Assembly: GCA_937897575.1 (NCBI GenBank)
Contig: CALCQG010000140.1
Span: 1 to 42,338, forward strand
Origin: an uncultured Synergistales bacterium
Lineage (GTDB): Bacteria; Synergistota; Synergistia; Synergistales; Aminobacteriaceae
Reading direction: 5' to 3'
DNA: 42,338 nt
Shown: piece after piece, positions 17,709 to 26,547 of the stretch
Layout of the letters: each line of letters starts with the position of its first letter
Position numbering within the stretch: the first letter of the stretch is position 1
Notes under the pieces: model-generated
Seen by the model: only the letters and a program-made list of their open reading frames with translations
Databases searched by the model: none
Told to the model about the DNA's origin: nothing
Made by a program: the position numbers and the translations under genes

Positions 17709-19112
17709 GTGAAGGCGGATTTAGTGATTCGAAACGGGCAGATATATGCCAACGGCGAGTTTTTCAGGGGTGGAATTGCGGTGCGGGATGGGAAGACCGT
17801 CCTGATCTGCGAGGATCAGTATCTGCCCGAGGCGGCTGAAGTCATCGACGCGGAGGGCAATCCCGTCCTGCCGGGTGTCGTGGACAGCCATGTCCACGTG
17901 CGCGACCCGGGTCACAGGGAGCGCGGAACCTTCGTCAGCGAGACCAAGGCGGCGGCGGCAGGAGGTGTGACGTGCTTCCTCGAGCACCCCATCTCGTCGC
18001 CCCCTCCCTATTCCCCTGATATCCTGCAGAACAGGATCAAAGTGGCGGCACCTCAGGCCTTCGTGGACTACGCCTTCTTCGGGGCGGCGGGAGCCGAGTT
18101 CCCCGAGGAGGTGGAGAGGGTCGCGAAGGAAGGGATCGTCGCCTTCAAGACCTTCCTCCACGAGGCGCCGGAAGGGCGGGACGAGGAGTTCCGCGGCCTC
18201 ACCATGGCCAACGACGGGGAGATGCTCGACGGCTTCCGGGCCGTGGCGAAGACGGGGCTGATCCTGACCGTCCACGCCGAGAACAACGACATCATCCAGC
18301 GGCTGATCCGCCAGTTCCGCGCCGAGGGGAAGGTCGGCTTCGAGTACCACTACAAGTCCCGCCCGCCTATCTCGGAGATAGAGACCGTCTCCAAGCTCAT
18401 ACTGTTCGCGAAGGAGACGGGCACGAGGGTGAGTTTCGCCCACATCTCGACGCCCGAGGCGGCCGAGCTGGTGAAGCAGGCCAAGCTGGACGGGATGGAC
18501 GTCTACCTCGAGACCTGCCCCCACTATCTGTTCCTCACCCAGGATACTATCGACAAGTACGGCCCCTACGCCAAGGGGAACCCGCCGCTTCGCGACAGAC
18601 GGTCCATGGAGAAGTTGTGGGACTACATCAACGACGGCTCCGTGGACTACATCGGGAGCGACCACGGTCCCTTCCTCGTCGCTGAGAAGGAAAAGGGCAT
18701 GAAGGATATCTTCACTGCGGCGGCCGGCCCGGCCTGCATCGAGATGACGCTGCCCCTCATGCTCACCGCCGTCCGGGACGGAAAGCTCACGATGAAGCGG
18801 ATGGTCGAGCTCGTCTCCGAGAACACGGCGAAGATCTTCGGTCTCTGGCCGCGAAAAGGAGCCATTCAGGTCGGAGGGGATGCCGATTACGTCATCGTCG
18901 ATATGAAGAACGAATACACGGTCAGCAACAAGGATTTCGTGACCCAATCCAGGGACACGTCCCCCATGTACAACGGGTTCAAACTGGTGGGCAAGCCCAT
19001 TCACACCGTCGTGCGAGGCAAGGTCGTGATGAGAGGCCGGCAGATCGACGAGTCGGCCCAGGGCTGGGGCAAGGTCCTTTACCCCGAGTGGCGGAAGGGA
19101 GCGAAGGCATGA
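17709..19112 (+). CDS. Cyclic amidohydrolase (allantoinase/hydantoinase family), copy 2
   Basis: DSHVH, AFKTF, VHAEN, AHIST, ETCPHYL, NPPLR, GSDHGP; TAAGGAGG RBS before GTG 17709. Confidence 0.9.
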   Translation: MKADLVIRNGQIYANGEFFRGGIAVRDGKTVLICEDQYLPEAAEVIDAEGNPVLPGVVDSHVHVRDPGHRERGTFVSETKAAAAGGVTCFLEHPISSPPPYSPDILQNRIKVAAPQAFVDYAFFGAAGAEFPEEVERVAKEGIVAFKTFLHEAPEGRDEEFRGLTMANDGEMLDGFRAVAKTGLILTVHAENNDIIQRLIRQFRAEGKVGFEYHYKSRPPISEIETVSKLILFAKETGTRVSFAHISTPEAAELVKQAKLDGMDVYLETCPHYLFLTQDTIDKYGPYAKGNPPLRDRRSMEKLWDYINDGSVDYIGSDHGPFLVAEKEKGMKDIFTAAAGPACIEMTLPLMLTAVRDGKLTMKRMVELVSENTAKIFGLWPRKGAIQVGGDADYVIVDMKNEYTVSNKDFVTQSRDTSPMYNGFKLVGKPIHTVVRGKVVMRGRQIDESAQGWGKVLYPEWRKGAKA

Positions 19113-19801
19113 CGCCGAGGATCCTCATCATCAACCCGAACAGCAGTGCGGAGATGACACGGGCAATCCACGACAGCGCCGTGGCCTTTGCAGGCGACAC
19201 GATGGAGGTCGTGACGGTGCCGACGCCTGGGGCGTCTCCGTTCATTGCGACCTATGAGGATCACGCCCAAGCCGCTCCCGGAATGGTGCGCCTGCTTACG
19301 GAGAATCGGGACAGGTACGACGCCTTTGTCATCGCCTGCCACGGTGACCCCAACATGGACCTCATGAAGGAGATCACGGACAAACCGGTGGTCGGGATTG
19401 GTGAGGCCTCCATGAAACTGGCGACCATGCTTGGACACAGCTTCTCGGTGATCGCCCCGGTGGAGCGCACCGTCCCGAACAAGAAGGCCCTCATCGACAA
19501 ATACGGCATAACCCGTGACTTGGCTTCGGTTCGTCCCGCAAGCGTCGAGGCGGGGGGGAGCGATGTCGAGCGGCTTATCGCCGCGGGTAAACGCGCGGTG
19601 GAAGAGGATATGGCCGAAGTTCTGGTGCTCGGCTGTGCCGGTTTCGCCGGCCTGGACAAGAAGATGGAGGAGGTGTTGCATGTCCCCGTCCTTGATGGCG
19701 TGATATGCGCGCTGATCGTCGCGTCAGGATTGGCGCGGTACGGGGTCTCGATCAGCAAGAAGAGACGGTACGACAATACGTTCGGAAAACGCGGCAAGTA
19801 G
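19109..19801 (+). CDS. Asp/Glu/hydantoin racemase family (hydantoin/allantoin racemase-like)
   Basis: ILIINPNSSAEMT; both catalytic Cys present (IACHGDP, LGCAGF); PVVGIGEA, VPVLDG; ATGA overlap with the upstream gene. Confidence 0.9.
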   Translation: MTPRILIINPNSSAEMTRAIHDSAVAFAGDTMEVVTVPTPGASPFIATYEDHAQAAPGMVRLLTENRDRYDAFVIACHGDPNMDLMKEITDKPVVGIGEASMKLATMLGHSFSVIAPVERTVPNKKALIDKYGITRDLASVRPASVEAGGSDVERLIAAGKRAVEEDMAEVLVLGCAGFAGLDKKMEEVLHVPVLDGVICALIVASGLARYGVSISKKRRYDNTFGKRGK

Positions 19802-19854
19802 CCTCCCGGACAACCGGGAGAAAAATCGCCACAACTCAATTATCAAAGGAGGAA

Positions 19855-20871
19855 ATGAAGAAGATGAAGCGTTTCGGACTGATTCTCGCGCTCGTCGTGT
19901 TGACGCTCTCCCTTGCCCAGGGAGCCTATGCCAAGGAGTTCGTCCTCGGCCATACGGGACAGCCGTCGGTGACCTTTGCCCAGGCCGGCGAGAAGTTTGC
20001 GGAGTTCCTTGCAGAGGAGTCGGGCGGGAAGCTGACCCTCAAGGCCATGGGGGCCTCGGCCCTGGGCAACAACCGTGAGGGTATCGAGCAGATCCAGCAG
20101 GGCGTCACGGATTTCTGGATCATCTCCACCGGTCTCCTCGCCCAGTTCACGAAGGCTGTCACGGTGTACGACCTTCCCTATCTCTTCAAGAGCGAGAAGG
20201 CCGCCCAGGACTTCGTGAACAGCGACATCGCCATGGATATCGTGAAGCCCCTCGAGGAAAAGGGCATGCAGCCCCTTGGATACTTCATCATGGGGTGGCG
20301 CCATATCCATAGCAACGTGGCCGTCCGCAAGCCCGAGGATCTCAAGGGTGTGAAGATCCGGACGGAGCCGGCGCCGATCCGCATGGGCATCTTCAAAGCC
20401 CTGGGCGCCAGCCCGATCCCCATGGACTTCGGCGAGGTCTTCACGTCCCTCCAGCAGGGTGTCATCGACGCGGGGGAGAACACCCTCGAGAACATCAAGT
20501 CCCAGGGGTTCAACACCGTTCAGAAATACATCATCATGGACGGACACATCCTCGACCCCATGCTGCTGGTGATGTCCAAGAGGTCCTGGGACAAGCTCTC
20601 GGACGAGGACAAGGCGATCGTCCAGAAAGCCGCCGACCGGGCGTGCACGTGGGATCAGGAGAACGTCCTCGCCAACAACAAGAAGATCCTCGACGAGTTC
20701 AAGGCAGCCGGGACGCCCGAGGTCATCGAGCTGACGCCGGAGGAGCGCCAGGGCTTCAGAGAGGCCAGCAAATCCGTTCTCGATGAGCACAAGGACTCGA
20801 TCGACATGGGTTTCTACGAGAAGATCATGAAGTTCCAGGAGTCCTACGCCGAGGAGGCGCCCAACAGCTAA
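19855..20871 (+). CDS. dctP: TRAP transporter substrate-binding protein
   Basis: Signal peptide; DLPYLF, EDLKGVKIR, ALGASPIPMDFGEVFTSLQQGVIDAGEN. Confidence 0.92.
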   Translation: MKKMKRFGLILALVVLTLSLAQGAYAKEFVLGHTGQPSVTFAQAGEKFAEFLAEESGGKLTLKAMGASALGNNREGIEQIQQGVTDFWIISTGLLAQFTKAVTVYDLPYLFKSEKAAQDFVNSDIAMDIVKPLEEKGMQPLGYFIMGWRHIHSNVAVRKPEDLKGVKIRTEPAPIRMGIFKALGASPIPMDFGEVFTSLQQGVIDAGENTLENIKSQGFNTVQKYIIMDGHILDPMLLVMSKRSWDKLSDEDKAIVQKAADRACTWDQENVLANNKKILDEFKAAGTPEVIELTPEERQGFREASKSVLDEHKDSIDMGFYEKIMKFQESYAEEAPNS

Positions 20872-20884
20872 ACTCTCTGTCACC

Positions 20885-20914
20885 GGGAAAGGCGGAGGAT
20901 TATCCGCCTTTCCC
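20885..20914 (+). terminator. Intercistronic hairpin after dctP (mRNA stabiliser or partial terminator)
   Basis: gggaaaggcgga...tccgcctttccc forms a 12-bp stem. Confidence 0.55.
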
Positions 20915-20935
20915 CCACTCGCTGGAGGTGTCGTT

Positions 20936-21433
20936 GTGAAAATCGTAAAATTGATAGATGCGTATTTCGAAGAAGCCTTGGCCGTCGTCTTTTTCCTCAT
21001 CATTCTTGCCATCGGAATGGAACAGGTTTTTTCCCGGTATGTTCTGGAATTCGTCCGGCCGTGGTCCGAGGAGATGATGAGGATCCTCTTCGTGGCGCTG
21101 AGCCTCGTGAGCTTCTCGCTCTGCGCCAAACATAAGCAGCACGTCAAGGTGGAGATCCTGCAGATCGTTCTTCCGAAGGGCGTGGGCCGTGCCCTCGAAT
21201 TTCTTGCCTCCATCGCCTTTCTCGTCTTCACCCTTCTTGTTGCGAAGTACTCCTACGATATCGCGGTGTTGCAGTACGAGAGCGGACAGACCACCGCTGC
21301 GATGGACCTCCCCACGTGGTCCTATTTCGCCTTCGGCCCGTTCATGTTCGTCGTCATGGCCCTCCGTATCGTTCAGAAAGATATAGTGCCCTTCTTCTGC
21401 CGGGCGCAGGAACGGTCCGGCGGGGCCGTGTGA
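20936..21433 (+). CDS. dctQ: TRAP transporter small permease
   Basis: QVFSRYV, WSEEMMR, HVKVE; four hydrophobic segments. Confidence 0.9.
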   Translation: MKIVKLIDAYFEEALAVVFFLIILAIGMEQVFSRYVLEFVRPWSEEMMRILFVALSLVSFSLCAKHKQHVKVEILQIVLPKGVGRALEFLASIAFLVFTLLVAKYSYDIAVLQYESGQTTAAMDLPTWSYFAFGPFMFVVMALRIVQKDIVPFFCRAQERSGGAV

Positions 21434-21445
21434 GGAGGTAGCGTT

Positions 21446-22729
21446 ATGCTGTTGGCAGTCTTTGGAGGCATGTTCGTTGCGCTTTTACTTGGCGTTCCTA
21501 TTGCGGCGTCCATCGGATACAGCGCCCTGGCCTTCATCCCCTGGATACCCGGCGGGCTTGATCGGGTCATGTTCTTCGTCGCACAGAGGATGGTGGTCAC
21601 CGCCGACTCGTTCACGCTCCTCGCCCTTCCGTTCTTCATACTGGCGGGGACGCTCATGTCCCATGGGGGCATAGCGAAGAAACTGACGGATCTCGCGGAA
21701 GCGGTCGCCGGCGATTTCCCAGGAGGTCTTGGCATAGCGGGTATCGTGGCGTGCATGTTCTTTGGAGCCGTCTCCGGGTCGGGGCCGGCCACCGTTGCCG
21801 CCATAGGGACCATAATCATACCGGCGATGATCGACAGAGGCTATGATGTCGGCTACTCAGCCGGGCTCATGGCGTGCGCCGGTGGCATCGGCGTCCTCAT
21901 CCCACCCAGCGTTCCCATGATCGTGTACGGCGTCAACAGCGGCGTGTCCATCACCGACCTGTTCATCGCCGGTTTCACGCCGGGCGTCATCGTCGGCCTC
22001 GTCCTGATGATTCCGACCATCTACATCGCCAAGAAAAAGGGCTACGCCGGCGCTCCCCGTGCCGGTGGAGCGGGATGGATATTCGGCCGCATGTGGGAGG
22101 CGCGGTCGGCCCTCCTGATGCCGATCATCATCCTGGGCGGAATCTACTCCGGCGTCTTCACCCCGACGGAGGCGGGCATCGTCGCGGTGACGTACGCCAT
22201 CCTCCTCGGTTTCTTCACAAAGGGCCTGTCCTGGTCGGGGCTGTGCAAGGCCGTAGTGGAAGCGGCCATCATCACCGGATCGTGCATCTTCCTCATGGGG
22301 ACGGCGAGCGCCTTTGCGAAGCTTCTCCATATGCGGGACGTCCCGAATATGATCTCGAACCTGATCTTCGGCGTCACGACGAACAAATTCCTGATACTTC
22401 TCATGTTCAACATCGTGTTCCTCCTGGGCGGCATGTTCATCGACACGCTGTCCAACATCCTGATCTTCTGCCCCATCTTCCTCCCTCTGGCTCAGAAGAT
22501 CGGCATCGATCCCGTCCACTTCGGCACGTTCATCGTCACCAACCTGGCCCTCGGCATGGTGACGCCGCCCATGGGCGTCGACCTCTTCGTGGCGGCCAAC
22601 ATCGCGAGGACGCCCTTTGAAAAGGTGCTTCGGGGGTCCATCCCCTTTATGCTCTGGAACCTTCTCGCGGTCCTGCTGATCACCTACTTCCCCATCCTGT
22701 CCCTCTGGCCGTTGAAGTTGTTCGGATGA
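21446..22729 (+). CDS. dctM: TRAP transporter large permease
   Basis: LALPFFILAG, FGAVSGS, LIPPS, GVFTPTEA, GIDPVHFG, TPPMG. Confidence 0.93.
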   Translation: MLLAVFGGMFVALLLGVPIAASIGYSALAFIPWIPGGLDRVMFFVAQRMVVTADSFTLLALPFFILAGTLMSHGGIAKKLTDLAEAVAGDFPGGLGIAGIVACMFFGAVSGSGPATVAAIGTIIIPAMIDRGYDVGYSAGLMACAGGIGVLIPPSVPMIVYGVNSGVSITDLFIAGFTPGVIVGLVLMIPTIYIAKKKGYAGAPRAGGAGWIFGRMWEARSALLMPIIILGGIYSGVFTPTEAGIVAVTYAILLGFFTKGLSWSGLCKAVVEAAIITGSCIFLMGTASAFAKLLHMRDVPNMISNLIFGVTTNKFLILLMFNIVFLLGGMFIDTLSNILIFCPIFLPLAQKIGIDPVHFGTFIVTNLALGMVTPPMGVDLFVAANIARTPFEKVLRGSIPFMLWNLLAVLLITYFPILSLWPLKLFG

Positions 22730-22813
22730 TGGCCGACAGGTCCGCTTCAAGGTATACTGGTGTCTAGCGTCAGGAATGCAAAAAACATGCCATCATAAAG
22801 GAGTGGTTGTCTC

Positions 22814-23707
22814 ATGAGTTCTGTACGGGGAATCTTTGCGCCCATCGCGACGGCGTTCAACGCCGCCGGAGACGTGGATTACGAGGTGTACGCCGAGAAC
22901 GTCCGGGCCTTCGGGGCGACGAAGCTCGCGGGGCTCGTCATCCTCGGCAGCAACGGCGAATTCACCCTGCTGTCCCATGAGGAGAAGGTGAAGCTCGTCG
23001 AGGTGGCGAAGAAAAACCTGCCCGCGGGCAAGCGGGTGATAGCCGGCACGGGGTGCGAGTCGCTGAAGGAGACCGTCGAACTGACGAAGGAGTGCGCCGA
23101 TGTGGGCGCCGAGGTCGCGCTGGTGGTGACGCCGAACTACTACAAACGGGACATGAACGAGGGGGCGCTGGAGAAGTTTTACACCATGCTTGCCGACGTG
23201 TCGCCCATCCCCGTCATGATCTACAACATGCCCGGGAACGCGGGGATCAATGTGCCGTCGTCGCTGACGGTGAAGCTGTCGAACCACCCGAACATAACGG
23301 GCATCAAGGACAGTGGCGGCAACATCGTGCAGATCTCCGAGGTGCTGGCCCGGGCGTCGAAGGGCTTCTCCGTGTTCGCAGGATCGGGGAGCTATCTCCT
23401 GGCGACGCTGATGCTCGGGGGCGTTGGCGGGACCCTTGCCGTGGCCAACGTGGTGCCGAACTACTGCGCTGAGATCCAGGAGTACTACGAGAAGGGTGAC
23501 CTTGCGACGGCCCGGAAGATGCAGCTGGCGCTGCTGCCGCTGAACGCCGCCGTGACGTCGCGCTTCGGCATCGGTGGCATGAAGGCGGCCATGGACCTTG
23601 TGGGGTACAAGGGCGGTCTGCCGCGGCTTCCCATCCTTCCGGCCCCCGACGACACGAGGAAGGAGATCGGCAGGATCCTCAAGGAACTGGGCGTCCTGAC
23701 GGTCTAG
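22814..23707 (+). CDS. DapA-family class I aldolase, 4-hydroxy-2-oxoglutarate aldolase-like
   Basis: GSNGE (DHDPS has GTTGE), IAGTG, YNMP, Schiff-base Lys in GIKDSGG. Confidence 0.82.
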   Translation: MSSVRGIFAPIATAFNAAGDVDYEVYAENVRAFGATKLAGLVILGSNGEFTLLSHEEKVKLVEVAKKNLPAGKRVIAGTGCESLKETVELTKECADVGAEVALVVTPNYYKRDMNEGALEKFYTMLADVSPIPVMIYNMPGNAGINVPSSLTVKLSNHPNITGIKDSGGNIVQISEVLARASKGFSVFAGSGSYLLATLMLGGVGGTLAVANVVPNYCAEIQEYYEKGDLATARKMQLALLPLNAAVTSRFGIGGMKAAMDLVGYKGGLPRLPILPAPDDTRKEIGRILKELGVLTV

Positions 23708-23712
23708 CGGTC

Positions 23713-24906
23713 ATGGTCATCTCGGCGGATCGCTTTCTCTCGGACCTCGAGATGTTGGGCGCCATCGGCTGGGTCGAAGGGCAGGGCATGGACCGGGCTG
23801 CCTATTCAACGCAGTACGCTGAGGCCCGGAGTTTCGTGCAGAAGCGCATGGAGGAGGGCGGCCTCGCCACCTGGATTGACGGCGTAGGCAACCTGTTCGG
23901 ACGAATCGAGGGGTCGGAGGAGGGCGCTCCCGCCATCATGGCCGGCTCCCACCTGGACGCCGTGCCGGGCGGCGGAAAATACGACGGCCCGCTGGGCGTC
24001 GTGGCCGCCCTCGAGGCGGCCCGGGCCATCAAGGAGCAAGGCATCGCGCTGCGGCATCCCCTGGAGGTGGCGGGGTTCATCGCCGAGGAGGGAGGGCCGC
24101 TGGGCGGGACCTTCGGAAGCAGGGCTCTCGCCGGGCTCATTCAGGAACTCCCGTCTCCCGACCTGCTTGCGCGTTTCGGCCTCACCGCCGAAGGCATAGA
24201 GGCCTCCCGGCGGGATGGCGGGTCCCTGTGCTGCTACTTGGAGCTGCACATCGAGCAGGGGTCGACTCTCGAACGGCGGGGCATCCCCGTCGGCATCCCG
24301 ACGGGCATCGTCGGTATCAGCCGGTATGCCGTCACCGTGGAGGGCGAGGCCAACCACGCCGGGACGACGCCCATGAAGGAGCGCAAGGACGCCATGAGGG
24401 CGGCGGCCGATCTTCTGAGCCGATGGTTCCGGTGGGTGGATACGCGGGACGACTTCGTGTGCAACGTCGGCGTCCTCTCCCTGACCCCCGGATCCGTGGC
24501 CGTCGTCCCCGGAAAGGCGGAGTTCACTCTGGAGATCCGTTCTCTGAAGGACGCCGTGATGACGGAGGCGGCGGACAAGTTCCGTGCCTTTGCCGCCGAC
24601 ATGAACCGATGCCCCGCGACGGTGCGCCCCACCGTCTGGAAGGGGGGCGTGGACCTCGCTCCCGAGCTTCAGGACGCTGTAGAGCGGGCGTGTTCCGGTG
24701 CCAATATCCCCTGCGTGCGCATGCCGAGCGGCGCGTCCCACGACGCGAACTCCATGGCGCACATCACCTCGTCGGGCATGATCTTCGTGCCCAGCGCGGG
24801 CGGCATCAGCCACTCCAAGGACGAATGGACGGCGCCCGAGGACCTCGCCCGGGGCGCCGAAGTCCTGACCCGAGCGATCCTGGAGGCGGACAGGCTGTTT
24901 TCCTAG
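23713..24906 (+). CDS. M20 Zn hydrolase: N-carbamoyl-L-amino acid/allantoate amidohydrolase family
   Basis: GSHLDAVPGGGKYDG, AEEG, ELHIEQG, GEANHAGTTPM, SGASHDA, GGISHS. Confidence 0.9.
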   Translation: MVISADRFLSDLEMLGAIGWVEGQGMDRAAYSTQYAEARSFVQKRMEEGGLATWIDGVGNLFGRIEGSEEGAPAIMAGSHLDAVPGGGKYDGPLGVVAALEAARAIKEQGIALRHPLEVAGFIAEEGGPLGGTFGSRALAGLIQELPSPDLLARFGLTAEGIEASRRDGGSLCCYLELHIEQGSTLERRGIPVGIPTGIVGISRYAVTVEGEANHAGTTPMKERKDAMRAAADLLSRWFRWVDTRDDFVCNVGVLSLTPGSVAVVPGKAEFTLEIRSLKDAVMTEAADKFRAFAADMNRCPATVRPTVWKGGVDLAPELQDAVERACSGANIPCVRMPSGASHDANSMAHITSSGMIFVPSAGGISHSKDEWTAPEDLARGAEVLTRAILEADRLFS

Positions 24907-25043
24907 CCGAGGACGTCGGAAAGGTCGTTGGCTCCCGTCCTGTTTTCTCCGCCCTGTGGGGTGTGAAGGGCGCATGAGAAAGACAGCCCACAAAGAAGTT
25001 CAGTGCCTCTTCTGCGAAAAAAGACCGATATGCCAACAGTCTG

Positions 25044-25080
25044 AGACGCCCCGAACGCTGCTATGTTCGGGGCTTCTCTT
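25044..25080. terminator. Terminator-like hairpin between convergent operons
   Basis: gccccgaac...gttcggggc followed by ttctctt. Confidence 0.55.
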
Positions 25081-25163
25081 GTAGGCTCTGAAACATCCGG
25101 TTCAACGGGATTTTTTCACGAGCCGCCGCGCGATCGCGGGCGGTCACTCCGTCCCCGCCGTAC

Positions 25164-26474
25164 TCAGCTGAAGCTGGACCAGTCGAACCGCTCCTTCGGC
25201 GGCTCCTCAATGGACCGCCGCAGGCGCATTCTCGGCATCCCGATGACCACGATGCCGGAGCCCGGGTCCACGTGATACCGCTCCCTGTCCCTCTCGGGGG
25301 AGTATCCGATCTCCGTGTTGGGGGGGATGATGTTGTGGCTGTCGATGATGACCTGGCGGAGTTTGCAGTTCTCCCCGACCACCACATCCTCGCCGATGAT
25401 ACTCTCCTCCACGGAGGCACCGCGCATGATCACGCAGTTTCTCGAGAGCACGGACGAACGGACCGAGGCCCCGAGCACCCTGCTGCCCTCGGCGGCGAGG
25501 ATTCTCTGGATGTCGCAGCCTCTGCCTCCGACGGGGCTTACGTAGGAGGGGGGGTCGGCGTAGGAGACGGTCCGGATGGGCCACTTGGGGTTGTAGAAGG
25601 TCATCTCGGACTCGGGCTGCAGCAGGTCCATGTGGGCGTCCCAGTAGGCCTTGATGGTCCCCACGTCCCGCCAGTACGGCTTGTCGTTCCGCCAGTAGGA
25701 GAGCTCCTTCGACGGCAGGACGTTGGACGAGAAGTCGTAGGCGTACACGCTGGCCTTCGGCACGAGCTTCGGAATGATATCCTTGCCGAAGTCGTGACTC
25801 GTGGGCAGCTGGGAGTCCTCGATGAGGCACTCCTCCAGAACCTCCCGCTCGAAGATGTAGTTTCCCATGGAGACGTAGCTGAAGCCGGGTTTGCCCGGGA
25901 TCTCCGGGGGCACGGCCGGTTTCTCCACGAAGGAGACGATCTTGCCCGAGGGATCCACCTCGATGCAGCCGAAGGCCGAGGCCTCCGACGACGGGACGAC
26001 GTTGGCCGCCACGGTGACGTCGGCCCGGTTGCTCATGTGGTAGTCCAGCATCTGGGAGACGTCCATCTTGTAGATGTGATCGGCGGCGAAGATGCAGACC
26101 CGGTCGGCGTCATAGAGGGTGATCAGGTGGAGGTTCTGGAAGACGGCGTCGGCCGTCCCCTGGAACCAGTGTTCGCCTCGCCACATCTGAGCGGGGACGA
26201 GGGTGATGAAGAAGTCCCGCCCCCGGAGGGCGGCGCCGAACTGCCAGCCCCGTTCAATATGTTCGTTGAGAGACTGGCTCTTGAACTGGACGAGGACGTA
26301 GATGGAGAAGATGCCGCTGTTTACGAGATTGGAGAGGGCAAAGTCGACGATCCGGTACTTTGCCGCGAAGTGCACCGCCGGTTTGGCGCGATACTTCGTC
26401 AGGGGCGAGAGCCGCTCGCCCTTGCCTCCCGCAAGGACAATTCCGATGGTCCGGCCGAATCCGCTCGTCTGCAT
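25164..26474 (-). CDS. glgC: Glucose-1-phosphate adenylyltransferase
   Basis: LAGGKGERLSPLT..RAKPAV, GTADAV, ADHIYKMD, FVEKP, HDFGKD, YWRDVGT; start ATG 26474 with GAGGA RBS. Confidence 0.95.
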   Translation of the reverse strand: MQTSGFGRTIGIVLAGGKGERLSPLTKYRAKPAVHFAAKYRIVDFALSNLVNSGIFSIYVLVQFKSQSLNEHIERGWQFGAALRGRDFFITLVPAQMWRGEHWFQGTADAVFQNLHLITLYDADRVCIFAADHIYKMDVSQMLDYHMSNRADVTVAANVVPSSEASAFGCIEVDPSGKIVSFVEKPAVPPEIPGKPGFSYVSMGNYIFEREVLEECLIEDSQLPTSHDFGKDIIPKLVPKASVYAYDFSSNVLPSKELSYWRNDKPYWRDVGTIKAYWDAHMDLLQPESEMTFYNPKWPIRTVSYADPPSYVSPVGGRGCDIQRILAAEGSRVLGASVRSSVLSRNCVIMRGASVEESIIGEDVVVGENCKLRQVIIDSHNIIPPNTEIGYSPERDRERYHVDPGSGIVVIGMPRMRLRRSIEEPPKERFDWSSFS

Positions 26475-26547
26475 GTGCGATTCCTCCTTTGCCTCCGGGT
26501 TCTCGTTTCCTGCTGGGACTAGTATATACCCGACAGCCTCTTTCCGC

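Noticed and set aside
16023..19112. Firm allB or pyrC gene symbols
   Set aside because: The motifs support only the family; there are no pyr genes nearby and the substrate is unresolved.
22814..23707. dapA (lysine biosynthesis)
   Set aside because: It has GSNGE rather than GTTGE and sits in a catabolic context.
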